From positions 480,001 through 544,000 of the forward strand of contig CAVTQK010000015.1 in assembly GCA_963736855.1 (NCBI GenBank): DNA of 64,000 nucleotides, in the 5' to 3' direction. The translations under genes were made by a program, and so were the position numbers. Source of the DNA: an uncultured delta proteobacterium (GTDB lineage Bacteria > Desulfobacterota > Desulfobacteria > Desulfobacterales > UBA2156). This document shows, piece after piece, positions 50,276 through 59,282 of the stretch. The notes beneath the pieces are model-generated. The model was not told the origin of the DNA. It ran no database searches and worked only from the letters and a program-made list of their open reading frames with translations. The stretch's first letter is position 1. Each line of letters opens with the position of its first letter.

Positions 50276-51031
50276 ATGATTCGGGAAGTCATACGGATCC
50301 GGGATCTGTGGTTTTCCTACAACGGGGACCCGGTCCTTAAAGAAATCAATCTGGTGATTAAGGAGAAAGAATTTTTGGCTCTTATCGGCCCCAACGGGGG
50401 TGGAAAAACCACCTTGTTGAAGCTGATGTTGGGTCTTCTGAAGCCGGATCGGGGGAGTATTCTAATATTCGATCGATCTCCTCATGAGGTCGCTCACCGC
50501 ATCGGATATGTACCTCAGAGTCTTCACACCAATAAAGGCGTTCCCGTGACGGCTCTTGAGGTTGTACTTATGGGACGCCGGATGCCGGGATCCGCGTGGC
50601 GCAGATATCAGAGCCGGGATAAGAATGCGGCCCGAAGGGCCATGGAACAGATGGGGATATGGAGCTTGCGCAACCGATGGGTTGGCGCGCTTTCCGGTGG
50701 ACAGCGGCAGCGCCTCCTGATCTCCCGGGCGTTGGCGGCAGAACCCGAGATGCTTTTCCTGGACGAGCCCGCGGCCAATATCGATGCAAAAGGACAGGGT
50801 GAATTGTACGACCTGCTGAAGGCGCTCAATAAGCACATGACCATCATTCTGGTCAGTCATGACCTCATGGTGGTATCCAGCTACAGTCACGCGGTGGCCT
50901 GCGTCAATGAGCGCTTGCATTACCACGATGAAGCCGAAATTACTGAGGAAATGATGGAAGCCTTCCAGTGCCCGGTGGACTTGATCGCTCACGGACAGCC
51001 CCATCGGGTCTTGAGACCCCACGAGAAATAG
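50276..51031 (+). CDS. znuC: Zn/Mn ABC transporter ATPase
   Basis: GPNGGGKT, LSGGQ, LDEP, SHD. Confidence 0.93.
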   Translation: MIREVIRIRDLWFSYNGDPVLKEINLVIKEKEFLALIGPNGGGKTTLLKLMLGLLKPDRGSILIFDRSPHEVAHRIGYVPQSLHTNKGVPVTALEVVLMGRRMPGSAWRRYQSRDKNAARRAMEQMGIWSLRNRWVGALSGGQRQRLLISRALAAEPEMLFLDEPAANIDAKGQGELYDLLKALNKHMTIILVSHDLMVVSSYSHAVACVNERLHYHDEAEITEEMMEAFQCPVDLIAHGQPHRVLRPHEK

Positions 51032-51042
51032 AAGAAGAAAAG

Positions 51043-51867
51043 ATGCTGGACGCTCTTCAACTCGATTTTTTCAGGCACGCCGTTGCCGTTGGTTTACTGG
51101 CCAGCCTCCTGTGCGGTCTCATCGGCACCCTTGTCGTAATCAACCGGCTGGTGTTTCTTTCCGGCGGGATCGCTCACGCCGCGTATGGAGGAATCGGATT
51201 ATCCGTTTTTTTGGGAATTCCCTTCCTTGCGGGGACCTTGGGGTTTGCGCTGATGTCTGCTTGGGTCATGGCGGCCATCACATTGAAAGCCAAACATCGC
51301 TCCGATACCGTCATCGGTGTTGTCTGGGCGGTGGGGATGGCTCTGGGTATCATCCTGATCGACCTGACGCCCGGATATCATGTGGACCTGATGAGTTACC
51401 TTTTCGGAAGCATTTTGACCGTAACCCGGGAAGACATATATATCCTGAGCGGGGCGGGGCTTTTCGTGATTCTGGTGGTTGGCTATTTTTATCATGACCT
51501 GTCATCCATGGCGTTCGACGAGGAGTTCGCAAGACTTCGAGGTGTTCCGGTCAAAGGGCTGTATTTTCTTTTGGTTTGCATGGTCGCCCTAAGCGTGGTT
51601 TTGATCATTCGGGTGGTGGGACTTATTCTCGTCATGGCTCTAATGACGATACCCCCTTACATCGCGGAAGGCTACACCGCATCGCTTCGCTCCATGATGC
51701 TTCTGTCGGTGTGTTTAAGCGTTCTTTTCATGACGGCAGGCCTGTATCTCTCGTTTTCCTTCAACCTGACTTCCGGTGCCGCCATCATTCTGACGGCTGC
51801 GGTCGGTTTTTTTATTTCCATGGGGCTCAAAAGCCTTTTAAAGGGTCGAAAAAAGACAGCCCGATGA
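51043..51867 (+). CDS. znuB: Zn/Mn ABC transporter permease
   Basis: GIAHAAYGG, SYLFGSIL, FDEEFA. Confidence 0.93.
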   Translation: MLDALQLDFFRHAVAVGLLASLLCGLIGTLVVINRLVFLSGGIAHAAYGGIGLSVFLGIPFLAGTLGFALMSAWVMAAITLKAKHRSDTVIGVVWAVGMALGIILIDLTPGYHVDLMSYLFGSILTVTREDIYILSGAGLFVILVVGYFYHDLSSMAFDEEFARLRGVPVKGLYFLLVCMVALSVVLIIRVVGLILVMALMTIPPYIAEGYTASLRSMMLLSVCLSVLFMTAGLYLSFSFNLTSGAAIILTAAVGFFISMGLKSLLKGRKKTAR

Positions 51868-52250
51868 GAACCGGTGTCCAACCCTTAGGCATGTTGCGGG
51901 TCATATTCTGTGCGATTTGTCTGTTTTTTTCCGGATGTGCCGCAGGAACATGGTCAGATATCGATGTGGGAAAGGATCCTTTGTCCGTTTTGGTTCGCCT
52001 TTACGAGGGCCCTCTCGATCATATGGACGCAGTGCGGGGCGGAGAATGCCCCATGTATCCGTCGTGTTCCGCTTATGCCAAGGCGGCGCTTGAAAAGCAT
52101 GGTTTTCTCGCCGGATGGATAATGGCATCGGATCGTCTCATGCGGTGCGGACGGGATGAGGTCAAACTCAGCCCCGGGATCTTCATCAACGGAAAATGGA
52201 GGATTTACGATCCGCTGAAAAAAAACGATCATTGGTGGTCCGAAAGATAG
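51864..52250 (+). CDS. YidD-like (haemolytic domain) protein with lipoprotein signal
   Basis: CPMYPSCSAY..HG...G....DRLMRC; FFSGC lipobox; ATGA overlap with znuB. Confidence 0.8.
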   Translation: MRTGVQPLGMLRVIFCAICLFFSGCAAGTWSDIDVGKDPLSVLVRLYEGPLDHMDAVRGGECPMYPSCSAYAKAALEKHGFLAGWIMASDRLMRCGRDEVKLSPGIFINGKWRIYDPLKKNDHWWSER

Positions 52251-52280
52251 ATCTTGATGCTTTAGAGCGATCCTGTTTTT

Positions 52281-52802
52281 TTAACCGGTCGGGTCCCGTA
52301 TGTCATATTGATGACGGCAGGTCTCCAAGCAGGATAGGCAATCGGCAGGATTTTTTGTATCCGTTGCGCAATAATTCAGAAATGCCTGTACCCAATCGCT
52401 TCCCGTGCGGGGGCAATTATCGATGAATTTAATGAATTTCAATAATTTATCTATGGTCTGGGCATCTATGGCATGTTCCATACGACAGGCCGCGGCCTCT
52501 GCCCGCTGTGCATCGACCTGGAGGACCCTTAAGAGAAAGTCTTTCAGTATGTCGTGGCGACGGGTGATTTCACGGGCGATCCGGGTCCCTTTTTCGGTGA
52601 GGGTGATGAACCGGTAAGGCGCGTAGTGAATGAGCCCTTTCTCCCCGAGGCTTTTGAGCGCTCCCGTGACGGCCGCCGGCTGTACCCCCATCCGTTCGGA
52701 GATATCCTTGACCCGGGCGACCTTATTGGTTTTTTCCAAGTCCAAAATGATTTCCAAGTAGTCCTCGAGACTTTCCGAAAGCGGTATCTCCTTGAGTTTC
52801 AT
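52281..52802 (-). CDS. DtxR/MntR family metalloregulator
   Basis: EDYLE, RRHDIL, ACRMEH; C-terminal C..C..C. Confidence 0.93.
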   Translation of the reverse strand: MKLKEIPLSESLEDYLEIILDLEKTNKVARVKDISERMGVQPAAVTGALKSLGEKGLIHYAPYRFITLTEKGTRIAREITRRHDILKDFLLRVLQVDAQRAEAAACRMEHAIDAQTIDKLLKFIKFIDNCPRTGSDWVQAFLNYCATDTKNPADCLSCLETCRHQYDIRDPTG

Positions 52803-52983
52803 ATTGCCTCCTTTTGAATCATGATTAACATAATGTATAATAATTTAAAGTCAACAAAAATATTTTATGAGATATTAAAAATATATTGACTTAATAATAA
52901 AGTTAAGTGTACTGAAAACATATCTTTTTAATATCGACTCCTAAAAATAAGGACAAGTTTTCGCGTCCTCCGGAGGTGAAACC

Positions 52984-53217
52984 ATGCGGCGCATCCTGAT
53001 GCGGCAAATGAAAGATAACCAAAGCGGCACGATTGCAGCCATTAAAGCTAACGGAGAACTCGGCCGGAGGATCCGGGATATGGGCTTGGTCCCCGGTATG
53101 CCCATCAAGGTCCAGGGGAGGGCTCCTCTGTATGATCCGGTCGCATTGAGGGTTTTAAATTTCACCGTGGCGCTCAGAAACAAAGAGGCCGACTTCATCG
53201 AGGTCGAGGTGGAATGA
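52984..53217 (+). CDS. feoA: Ferrous iron transport protein A
   Basis: RIRDMGLVPG, APLYDP, ALR; GGAGG RBS. Confidence 0.95.
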   Translation: MRRILMRQMKDNQSGTIAAIKANGELGRRIRDMGLVPGMPIKVQGRAPLYDPVALRVLNFTVALRNKEADFIEVEVE

Positions 53218-55373
53218 AAAAGGAATCCATTATTGCGCTGGCCGGAAACCCCAATTCCGGAAAGACCACCCTTTTCAATGCCCTCACCGGCGCCCGACAG
53301 CATGTGGGGAATTATCCAGGGGTGACCGTCGAAAAAAAAGAGGGGATATATACGACCGATGGAACTCGGATTCGGATCGTTGATCTTCCCGGAACATACT
53401 CATTGACCGCGTACTCTCTGGAAGAGGTGGTTACCCGCGATTTTTTGGTCAACGAGAAACCCGATCTCGTTATCGACATCGTGGATGCTTCCAACCTGGA
53501 AAGGAATCTTTACCTGACAATACAATTTCTCGAGTTGGGAATTCCCCTCTGTATTGCTTTGAACATGATGGATGTGGCAAAAGGCCGAGGCATCGAGATC
53601 GACGCTCAAAAACTCAGCCGACTCCTGAGAGTCCCTGTGGTTCCGACCGTGGCGCGTATAGGCCGGGGAAAAAGGGAATTGATGGAAACTGCGGAAAAGT
53701 CGTCATCGGCCGAGGGAGCGCCTCCCCTGAGGATCTCCTACGGCGATGACCTGGATCGCGCCATCGTGGAGATGGAAAAAGAGATACTTCAACACCAATT
53801 CCTGATCCAGATTTACCCGGCGCGCTGGATCGCCTTGAAATACCTCGAAAATGACGAACAGATCCTTATCAAAGGAAAGGGAGAGAACCCGGAAGTTTCG
53901 AAACGCATTCAGCAGGTGGTACAAAAAGTCTCCGATCACCTGATGGCCACCACAGGCAGCTATCCTGAGGCCATCATTGCCGACCAGCGGTACGGATACA
54001 TTTATTCCATCATCAAACAGGGCGTCCTCACCCAACGTCCGGATCAGCACCGCCTCTACCACTCCGATAAAATCGATAGGGTGCTCACTCACCGGGTCTT
54101 AGGGCCCCTCATCATGTTCATGATTATTTTCGGGCTTTACCATTTGACGTTCAACTACAGCAAAAGGCCGGTCATCTGGGTGGAATATCTCTTCGAATGG
54201 ATTAGGAACGCGGCCTCCGCATCGCTTCCCGATGGGATGCTCAAGTCCCTAATCGTTTCAGGCGTCATCGATGGAGTCGGCGGTGTCCTGACTTTTGTTC
54301 CCCTGATCCTGATGATGTTTTTCGGGATCGCCATTTTAGAGGATTCCGGATATCTGGCCAGAATGGCGTTCATGCTGGATCGCGTTTTCAGCCTGTTCGG
54401 ACTTCACGGGAGTTCAGTCATGGCCTATATCATCTCCGGAGGGATTGCCGGCGGATGTGCCGTTCCGGGGGTAATGGCCACGCGCACCCTGCGATCTCCA
54501 AAAGAGCGGCTGGCGACACTGTTGACGGCACCCTTTATGAATTGCGGTGCCAAACTCCCGATCTTTGCCCTTTTAATTGCGGCCTTTTTCAAGGAAAACG
54601 AAGCCGTTTTCATGTTCTCCCTCACTTTGGTTTCATGGATCGGGGCGCTTCTCGTGGCTAAATTGTTGCGCGTCACCGTTATACGGGGAGAGCCGACACC
54701 GTTTGTGATGGAGTTGCCTCCCTATCGGCTTCCCATATTCAAAGGCTTGTTGATCCATTCTTGGGAGCGCACGTGGCAATACATCAAGAAGGCTGGAACG
54801 GTAATTTTAGCAATTTCCATCCTTCTGTGGGCCATGATGAGTTTTCCCAGGCCCCCGGTGTCTGAAAAAAATGCCATCCGGAACGAATTGAAGCCGGCAG
54901 CGCTTTCCGGTGCGGTTCAGACGGAAAGCTCCCAGGCAATGGAAGAGAATGCAAATGCCGAAGTCGCGTTGCGCTATTCGGCGGCGGGGCGCATCGGCAC
55001 CGCCCTGGAAAGGATCAGCCGCCTGGCCGGATTTGATTGGCGTATCAACATTGCGTTGATCGGCGGCTTTGCCGCAAAGGAAGTTGTGGTATCGACTCTG
55101 GGAACCGCATATTCCTTGGGGGAAAAGATCGATGCGGAAAAAAGCGGCCCTTTGTCTGAAAAGCTTTCTAAATCCGCGGGGTGGCGTCCGTTGACGGCTC
55201 TGAGTCTCGTGATTTTTATAATGTTTTACGCGCCGTGTTTCATCACCGTCATATGCATCGCGCGGGAGGCCGGATCTTGGAAGTGGGGGGCCTTCTCCAT
55301 GTTTTTTAACACTGCCTTGGCTTTCATTCTCGCGGTGGCGCTTTTCCAGATCGGCTCATTGCTGGGATATTGA
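53214..55373 (+). CDS. feoB: Ferrous iron transport protein B
   Basis: GNPNSGKT, VGNYPGVTVE, DLPG, NMMD, LEDSGY, AKEVVV. Confidence 0.97.
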   Translation: MKKESIIALAGNPNSGKTTLFNALTGARQHVGNYPGVTVEKKEGIYTTDGTRIRIVDLPGTYSLTAYSLEEVVTRDFLVNEKPDLVIDIVDASNLERNLYLTIQFLELGIPLCIALNMMDVAKGRGIEIDAQKLSRLLRVPVVPTVARIGRGKRELMETAEKSSSAEGAPPLRISYGDDLDRAIVEMEKEILQHQFLIQIYPARWIALKYLENDEQILIKGKGENPEVSKRIQQVVQKVSDHLMATTGSYPEAIIADQRYGYIYSIIKQGVLTQRPDQHRLYHSDKIDRVLTHRVLGPLIMFMIIFGLYHLTFNYSKRPVIWVEYLFEWIRNAASASLPDGMLKSLIVSGVIDGVGGVLTFVPLILMMFFGIAILEDSGYLARMAFMLDRVFSLFGLHGSSVMAYIISGGIAGGCAVPGVMATRTLRSPKERLATLLTAPFMNCGAKLPIFALLIAAFFKENEAVFMFSLTLVSWIGALLVAKLLRVTVIRGEPTPFVMELPPYRLPIFKGLLIHSWERTWQYIKKAGTVILAISILLWAMMSFPRPPVSEKNAIRNELKPAALSGAVQTESSQAMEENANAEVALRYSAAGRIGTALERISRLAGFDWRINIALIGGFAAKEVVVSTLGTAYSLGEKIDAEKSGPLSEKLSKSAGWRPLTALSLVIFIMFYAPCFITVICIAREAGSWKWGAFSMFFNTALAFILAVALFQIGSLLGY

Positions 55374-55385
55374 AAGGGGGATTCG

Positions 55386-55634
55386 ATGGAATGGGTGATC
55401 GTAGCCATCATTGTCGGCCTGGCGGCATTTTTTGTTGGAAGAAAGTTTTATCGCATGTTCCAAACGAAGGGCGCGAACGGATGCGGCTGCGGATGCACAT
55501 CCTGCGGGATTCCAAGGGATATCTGTGATCAGCATTTTGTCTTTCAAGACCGGCCCGGTCATGACTCACCGGCTCAGGTGGGTTTGCCACAACTGCACTT
55601 TCCTAAAGTAAGAGGGGATTCCAAAGACGCCTGA
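55386..55634 (+). CDS. FeoB-associated Cys-rich membrane protein
   Basis: N-terminal TM then GCGCGCTSC; directly after feoB. Confidence 0.85.
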   Translation: MEWVIVAIIVGLAAFFVGRKFYRMFQTKGANGCGCGCTSCGIPRDICDQHFVFQDRPGHDSPAQVGLPQLHFPKVRGDSKDA

Positions 55635-56746
55635 CCATCGGGAGCGTTTGTTTCCGAAGCAGGCCTCTTTCCGGCATGCATTCGTGTTACGGAGAGAAAC
55701 TTTCGGATCAAAGGTTTAATGGAAAGCGCCCCCAGAAACAGAGCGCCCAGGATTTCTAAAAACTCAGGGACAATCTCTTTCGGGGATTGCAGCAAAGCTT
55801 TTGCGGACCAGGCGAAATACCCATAGATCCAGTCCAGAATCAGCCCACAGATCACTGAAGAGATCGCAATGGCGCCAACGTAAATGGCTGTGGATCGTTT
55901 GCCGAAAGTAGCCAAAAGGACCGTTATGGAGGTGATGTTGGTGGCCGGTCCTGCGAGCAAAAAGACCAATGCGGCACCGGGGCTGACTCCTTTCAGGATA
56001 AAAGCAGCGGCAATGGGCGTGGAGGCGGTGGCACAGATATAGAGGGGGATCCCCACTCCCAGCATAACGAGCATCGATGGAAGTCCGCCTCCTAAATAGC
56101 GACTCATCAGGTCTGCGGGGATAAAACCGGTGATCAGTCCAGCCAGGAACAATCCCAAAAAGAACCATCCGGCCATACCTTGCCAAAGACCTTTAAAAGC
56201 AAATCCGAAACCGGCTTTAGCTTTCTCGAAAACGGTGTGGTGGTTTTTATGTTTCTCAGGATCGCAGTTCACACCGTCGCAGCAGTTATCCACCGGGCAG
56301 CGGAGGTCGGGCCTCAGGGATTCAGGGTTTTTCCGCCTGTCTGCCAGGTTTTCGGCAATCCCTGCCGCGGCAGCGGTGATGAAAGCCGCTGTAGGCCGGG
56401 CAATGGTCATGATTGGATCCATGAGAGCGTAAGTCACGGCGATGGAGTCGATCCCGGATTCGGGAGTTGAGATTAAAAAGGCGCTCACAGCACCTTTGCT
56501 CGCCCCTTGCTTGCGCAGCGACACGGCTGCGGGTAACACCCCGCACGATCAAAGGGGAACGAGAATTCCAAGGAATGCGGCTTTGAAGACCGATCGGATC
56601 CTTCCGCCTCCCAGGTGGTTGGCGACGATGTCGGGATTGAGAAATGCGCGCAAAAGCCCACTGACGATCAAGCCGAAAATGACGTAAATGGATACTTCTT
56701 GTAAGAGCTTCCAGGCCTCTAAGAACGGGGTAAGGAAAAAATTCAT
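55574..56746 (-). CDS. SO_0444/DUF318 (ArsP-like) metal permease, probable selenoprotein (UGA at 56549-56551)
   Basis: ORFs 56549..56770 and 55574..56539 share a frame; read-through gives PL-U-SCGVLP in place of the family motif PLCSCG; also STPESG, PLYICATASTP, GPATN. Confidence 0.85.
56514..56531 (-). promoter_or_regulatory. Candidate bacterial SECIS hairpin
   Basis: mRNA CGCAGC-CGUGUC-GCUGCG; loop begins 23 nt after UGA with G at loop position 2. Confidence 0.55.
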
Positions 56747-56801
56747 ATTTGCAATCCCATGCTCAAGCATTATTTACCTTGGGCTTCAGACTTTAATTTT
56801 T

Positions 56802-57176
56802 TCATTCCCGGATATGATCGAGTCCGATGCGTAAAAAGTCCAATACGTGTTCGTCATCCAGAGAATAATAAAAAATCTGGCCTTCCCTCCGCTTTTTTAC
56901 CAGGTTCAGGTCTTTGAGCCGACGCAACTGATGAGAGATAGCCGATTCGCTCAGCTCTAAGTAGGCCGCCAAATCGCATACGCACATTTCTCCCCCTATC
57001 AGCGCCAGGGAAATCTTCAAACGCGTGGGATCCCCGAGGGCCTTGTAAACATAGGTGAGTCGGGTTAACTCCTTATCCGGGACCGCATCCAAAATAGCCC
57101 TTTCGATGCGTTCCCGATGGATGGTACGTACCGAACAGAGTAAACTATCCATTTTTTTCTCTATATTAGTAGTCAT
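56802..57176 (-). CDS. ArsR/SmtB family metalloregulator
   Basis: KALGDPTRL, MCVCDL, SAISHQL, DDEH..H..E. Confidence 0.95.
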   Translation of the reverse strand: MTTNIEKKMDSLLCSVRTIHRERIERAILDAVPDKELTRLTYVYKALGDPTRLKISLALIGGEMCVCDLAAYLELSESAISHQLRRLKDLNLVKKRREGQIFYYSLDDEHVLDFLRIGLDHIRE

Positions 57177-57181
57177 ATAGA

Positions 57182-57207
57182 AATATTTAAATAATTGATC
57201 ATATATT
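57182..57207. promoter_or_regulatory. Putative ArsR/SmtB 12-2-12 operator
   Basis: AATATTTAAATA-AT-TGATCATATATT imperfect inverted repeat just upstream of the arsR-family start. Confidence 0.6.
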
Positions 57208-57264
57208 CATATATTGGATTGCCCCTTGTCAATGGGTATCTACACTTGTATGGATAGAAGCCAA

Positions 57265-58257
57265 ATGGAAAAATACCCCCTTGAGCTTGAAATCGCATTA
57301 TCCGCAGTTAAAAAAGCTTTGCGGGTCTGCCGGCGTGTTCAAGATCGGTTTGTCGGTGTCCGTGGTTATTCCTTCGAAAAAGAGGACCGGTCCCCTGTGA
57401 CGATTGCCGACTTTGCCAGTCAAGCCGTCATCACGGCCGAACTTTTGAAGGCTTTTCCGGCGGATGCGATCGTGGGTGAAGAAGATGCCGGCCTTATCCG
57501 AAAAGATCACAGGATATGCGATGATGTCGTTTCCATTGTCGGGGAGGAATGGGAAGGCTTTAAGGATAATGAATTGTCTGATCTCATCGATCATGGAAAA
57601 CGGCCATTTGATCCGCTTCACCGCTTCTGGACTCTGGATCCGATTGACGGCACGAAAGGATATCTTGCCGGGCGCCAGTATGCCGTTGCCCTGGCATTGA
57701 TGGAGGAGGGAAACGTGAAGCTGGGCGTTTTGGCCTGCCCCGGCCTGGAAAAGACACCGCTGGAAGCTGGAGAAGGGGGTTGCATCCTTTTTGGTACCCG
57801 GCGAGAGGGCACCCGAGTCATGAACATAGACGGAGGCGATACCGAACCGATCACCCGAAAAAGCTTTGTCGCTCTTGAGCAGGCCCGGTTATGTGAATCG
57901 GTGGAGCCTTCCCACAGCGCCCATGAAATCCACGCCCGGATCCTGCAGGATCTGGGAATCTCCGTCCCGTCTTTACGCATGGACAGTCAAGCCAAATACG
58001 GCGCCGTAGCTTTAGGGACGGCCGATATTTACCTGAGGATTCCCAGGAAGAAAGACTATCGGGAAAAGATCTGGGATCATGCCGCCGGGACCCTGATCAT
58101 CGAAGAGGCTGGCGGAGAAGTCAGCGACATGCTGGGTCGACCGTTGGATTTTTCTAAAGGCGAAATCCTGGGCTCGAATACGGGTGTGGTGGCGACTGCG
58201 GGCGGCATCCATGCCCAGATTATTTCCGCAGTGAAAAGGGCGATCCGACCATTCTGA
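57265..58257 (+). CDS. 3'(2'),5'-bisphosphate nucleotidase (HAL2/CysQ-like)
   Basis: KEDRSPVTIAD, GEE, LDPIDGTKG, DSQAKY, EKIWDHAAG. Confidence 0.92.
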   Translation: MEKYPLELEIALSAVKKALRVCRRVQDRFVGVRGYSFEKEDRSPVTIADFASQAVITAELLKAFPADAIVGEEDAGLIRKDHRICDDVVSIVGEEWEGFKDNELSDLIDHGKRPFDPLHRFWTLDPIDGTKGYLAGRQYAVALALMEEGNVKLGVLACPGLEKTPLEAGEGGCILFGTRREGTRVMNIDGGDTEPITRKSFVALEQARLCESVEPSHSAHEIHARILQDLGISVPSLRMDSQAKYGAVALGTADIYLRIPRKKDYREKIWDHAAGTLIIEEAGGEVSDMLGRPLDFSKGEILGSNTGVVATAGGIHAQIISAVKRAIRPF

Positions 58258-59096
58258 CACATACCTTTGTCCATATTCCGGGAATCGGGCTGAAAACCGA
58301 AAAAAAGCTCTGGAGAGCGGGTGTATTTACCTGGCGCGACTGGGAATCCGGAAAGCATGACGTGATCGCCCGGGGAGATCCCGGGAGCCTTGATGTATAT
58401 CTCGAAGAATCCTGGAATTTTTTACAAAGAAGGGATCCCAGGTTTTTCTCCAAACGTATGTCAGCCGGTCTCCAGTGGCGCTTCTTCCCGGAATTCAGGG
58501 ATGAGACCGCCTATCTGGACATCGAAACCACAGGCTTGAGCAACTGGGAAAACGAGATTACCACCATCGCCCTATATGACGGAAGGAGTGTTTATTATTA
58601 CATCAACGGAGAAAACCTCGAACAGTTTCCTGAAGATATCCTCCGGTATTCGGTGGTGGTCACCTACAATGGGAGATCCTTTGATATTCCCTTCATCGAG
58701 CGGTATTTTCACATACACATACCCTGTGCTCATATCGACCTACGGTATATCCTGCACAGCCTCGGATTGAAAGGGGGGTTGAAAGGGTGTGAAAGGGCTC
58801 TGGGCCTTCACCGCGGGGACCTGGAAGGAGTCGACGGCTATTTTGCCGTGCTCCTCTGGCAGGAGTACCTGAGGCGACAAAATGTCAAAGCCCTCGAGAC
58901 GCTTCTGGCTTACAACATCGCTGATGTCCTGTCCCTGGAAACCCTCATGATCACCGCGTTTAACCTCAAGCTAAAAGAAACCCCCTTTGCCGGCCTGCTG
59001 GATATGGAAAAACCTCGTCTGCCTGAAAACCCCTTTGCGGCCGACAAGGATACCATTTTCAGGATCCGGAATTATTTGGCAAAGAGAGGGATCTAA
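58251..59096 (+). CDS. RNase H-like (YprB-type) exonuclease with N-terminal HhH; probable non-canonical start
   Basis: HTFVHIPGIG; YLDIETTG, TYNGRSFD, HIDL, YN..D; no in-frame ATG/GTG/TTG upstream of the HhH. Confidence 0.85.
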   Translation: MLTHTFVHIPGIGLKTEKKLWRAGVFTWRDWESGKHDVIARGDPGSLDVYLEESWNFLQRRDPRFFSKRMSAGLQWRFFPEFRDETAYLDIETTGLSNWENEITTIALYDGRSVYYYINGENLEQFPEDILRYSVVVTYNGRSFDIPFIERYFHIHIPCAHIDLRYILHSLGLKGGLKGCERALGLHRGDLEGVDGYFAVLLWQEYLRRQNVKALETLLAYNIADVLSLETLMITAFNLKLKETPFAGLLDMEKPRLPENPFAADKDTIFRIRNYLAKRGI

Positions 59097-59107
59097 AACC
59101 ATTCTTT

Positions 59108-59170
59108 GATGACTTCGTAAAAAGGTTTTGTGAGCGGCGCGAGAAAAATCAGCCTTTTTACGAAGTCATC
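59108..59170. mobile_element. Minimal MITE-like element type C
   Basis: Perfect 18-bp TIR GATGACTTCGTAAAAAGG; same end family as A and B; flanks TTCTTT / AAATTT match only partly. Confidence 0.75.
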
Positions 59171-59282
59171 AAATTTGGGTTAGAGTCCATCTACATGATG
59201 TAACTCCGTGGATGGCATAAAAAAAGAAGATGCCCGCATTGCAGTGGATTAGCAACCAAATTGAACAACAGAGGCGGTTATA

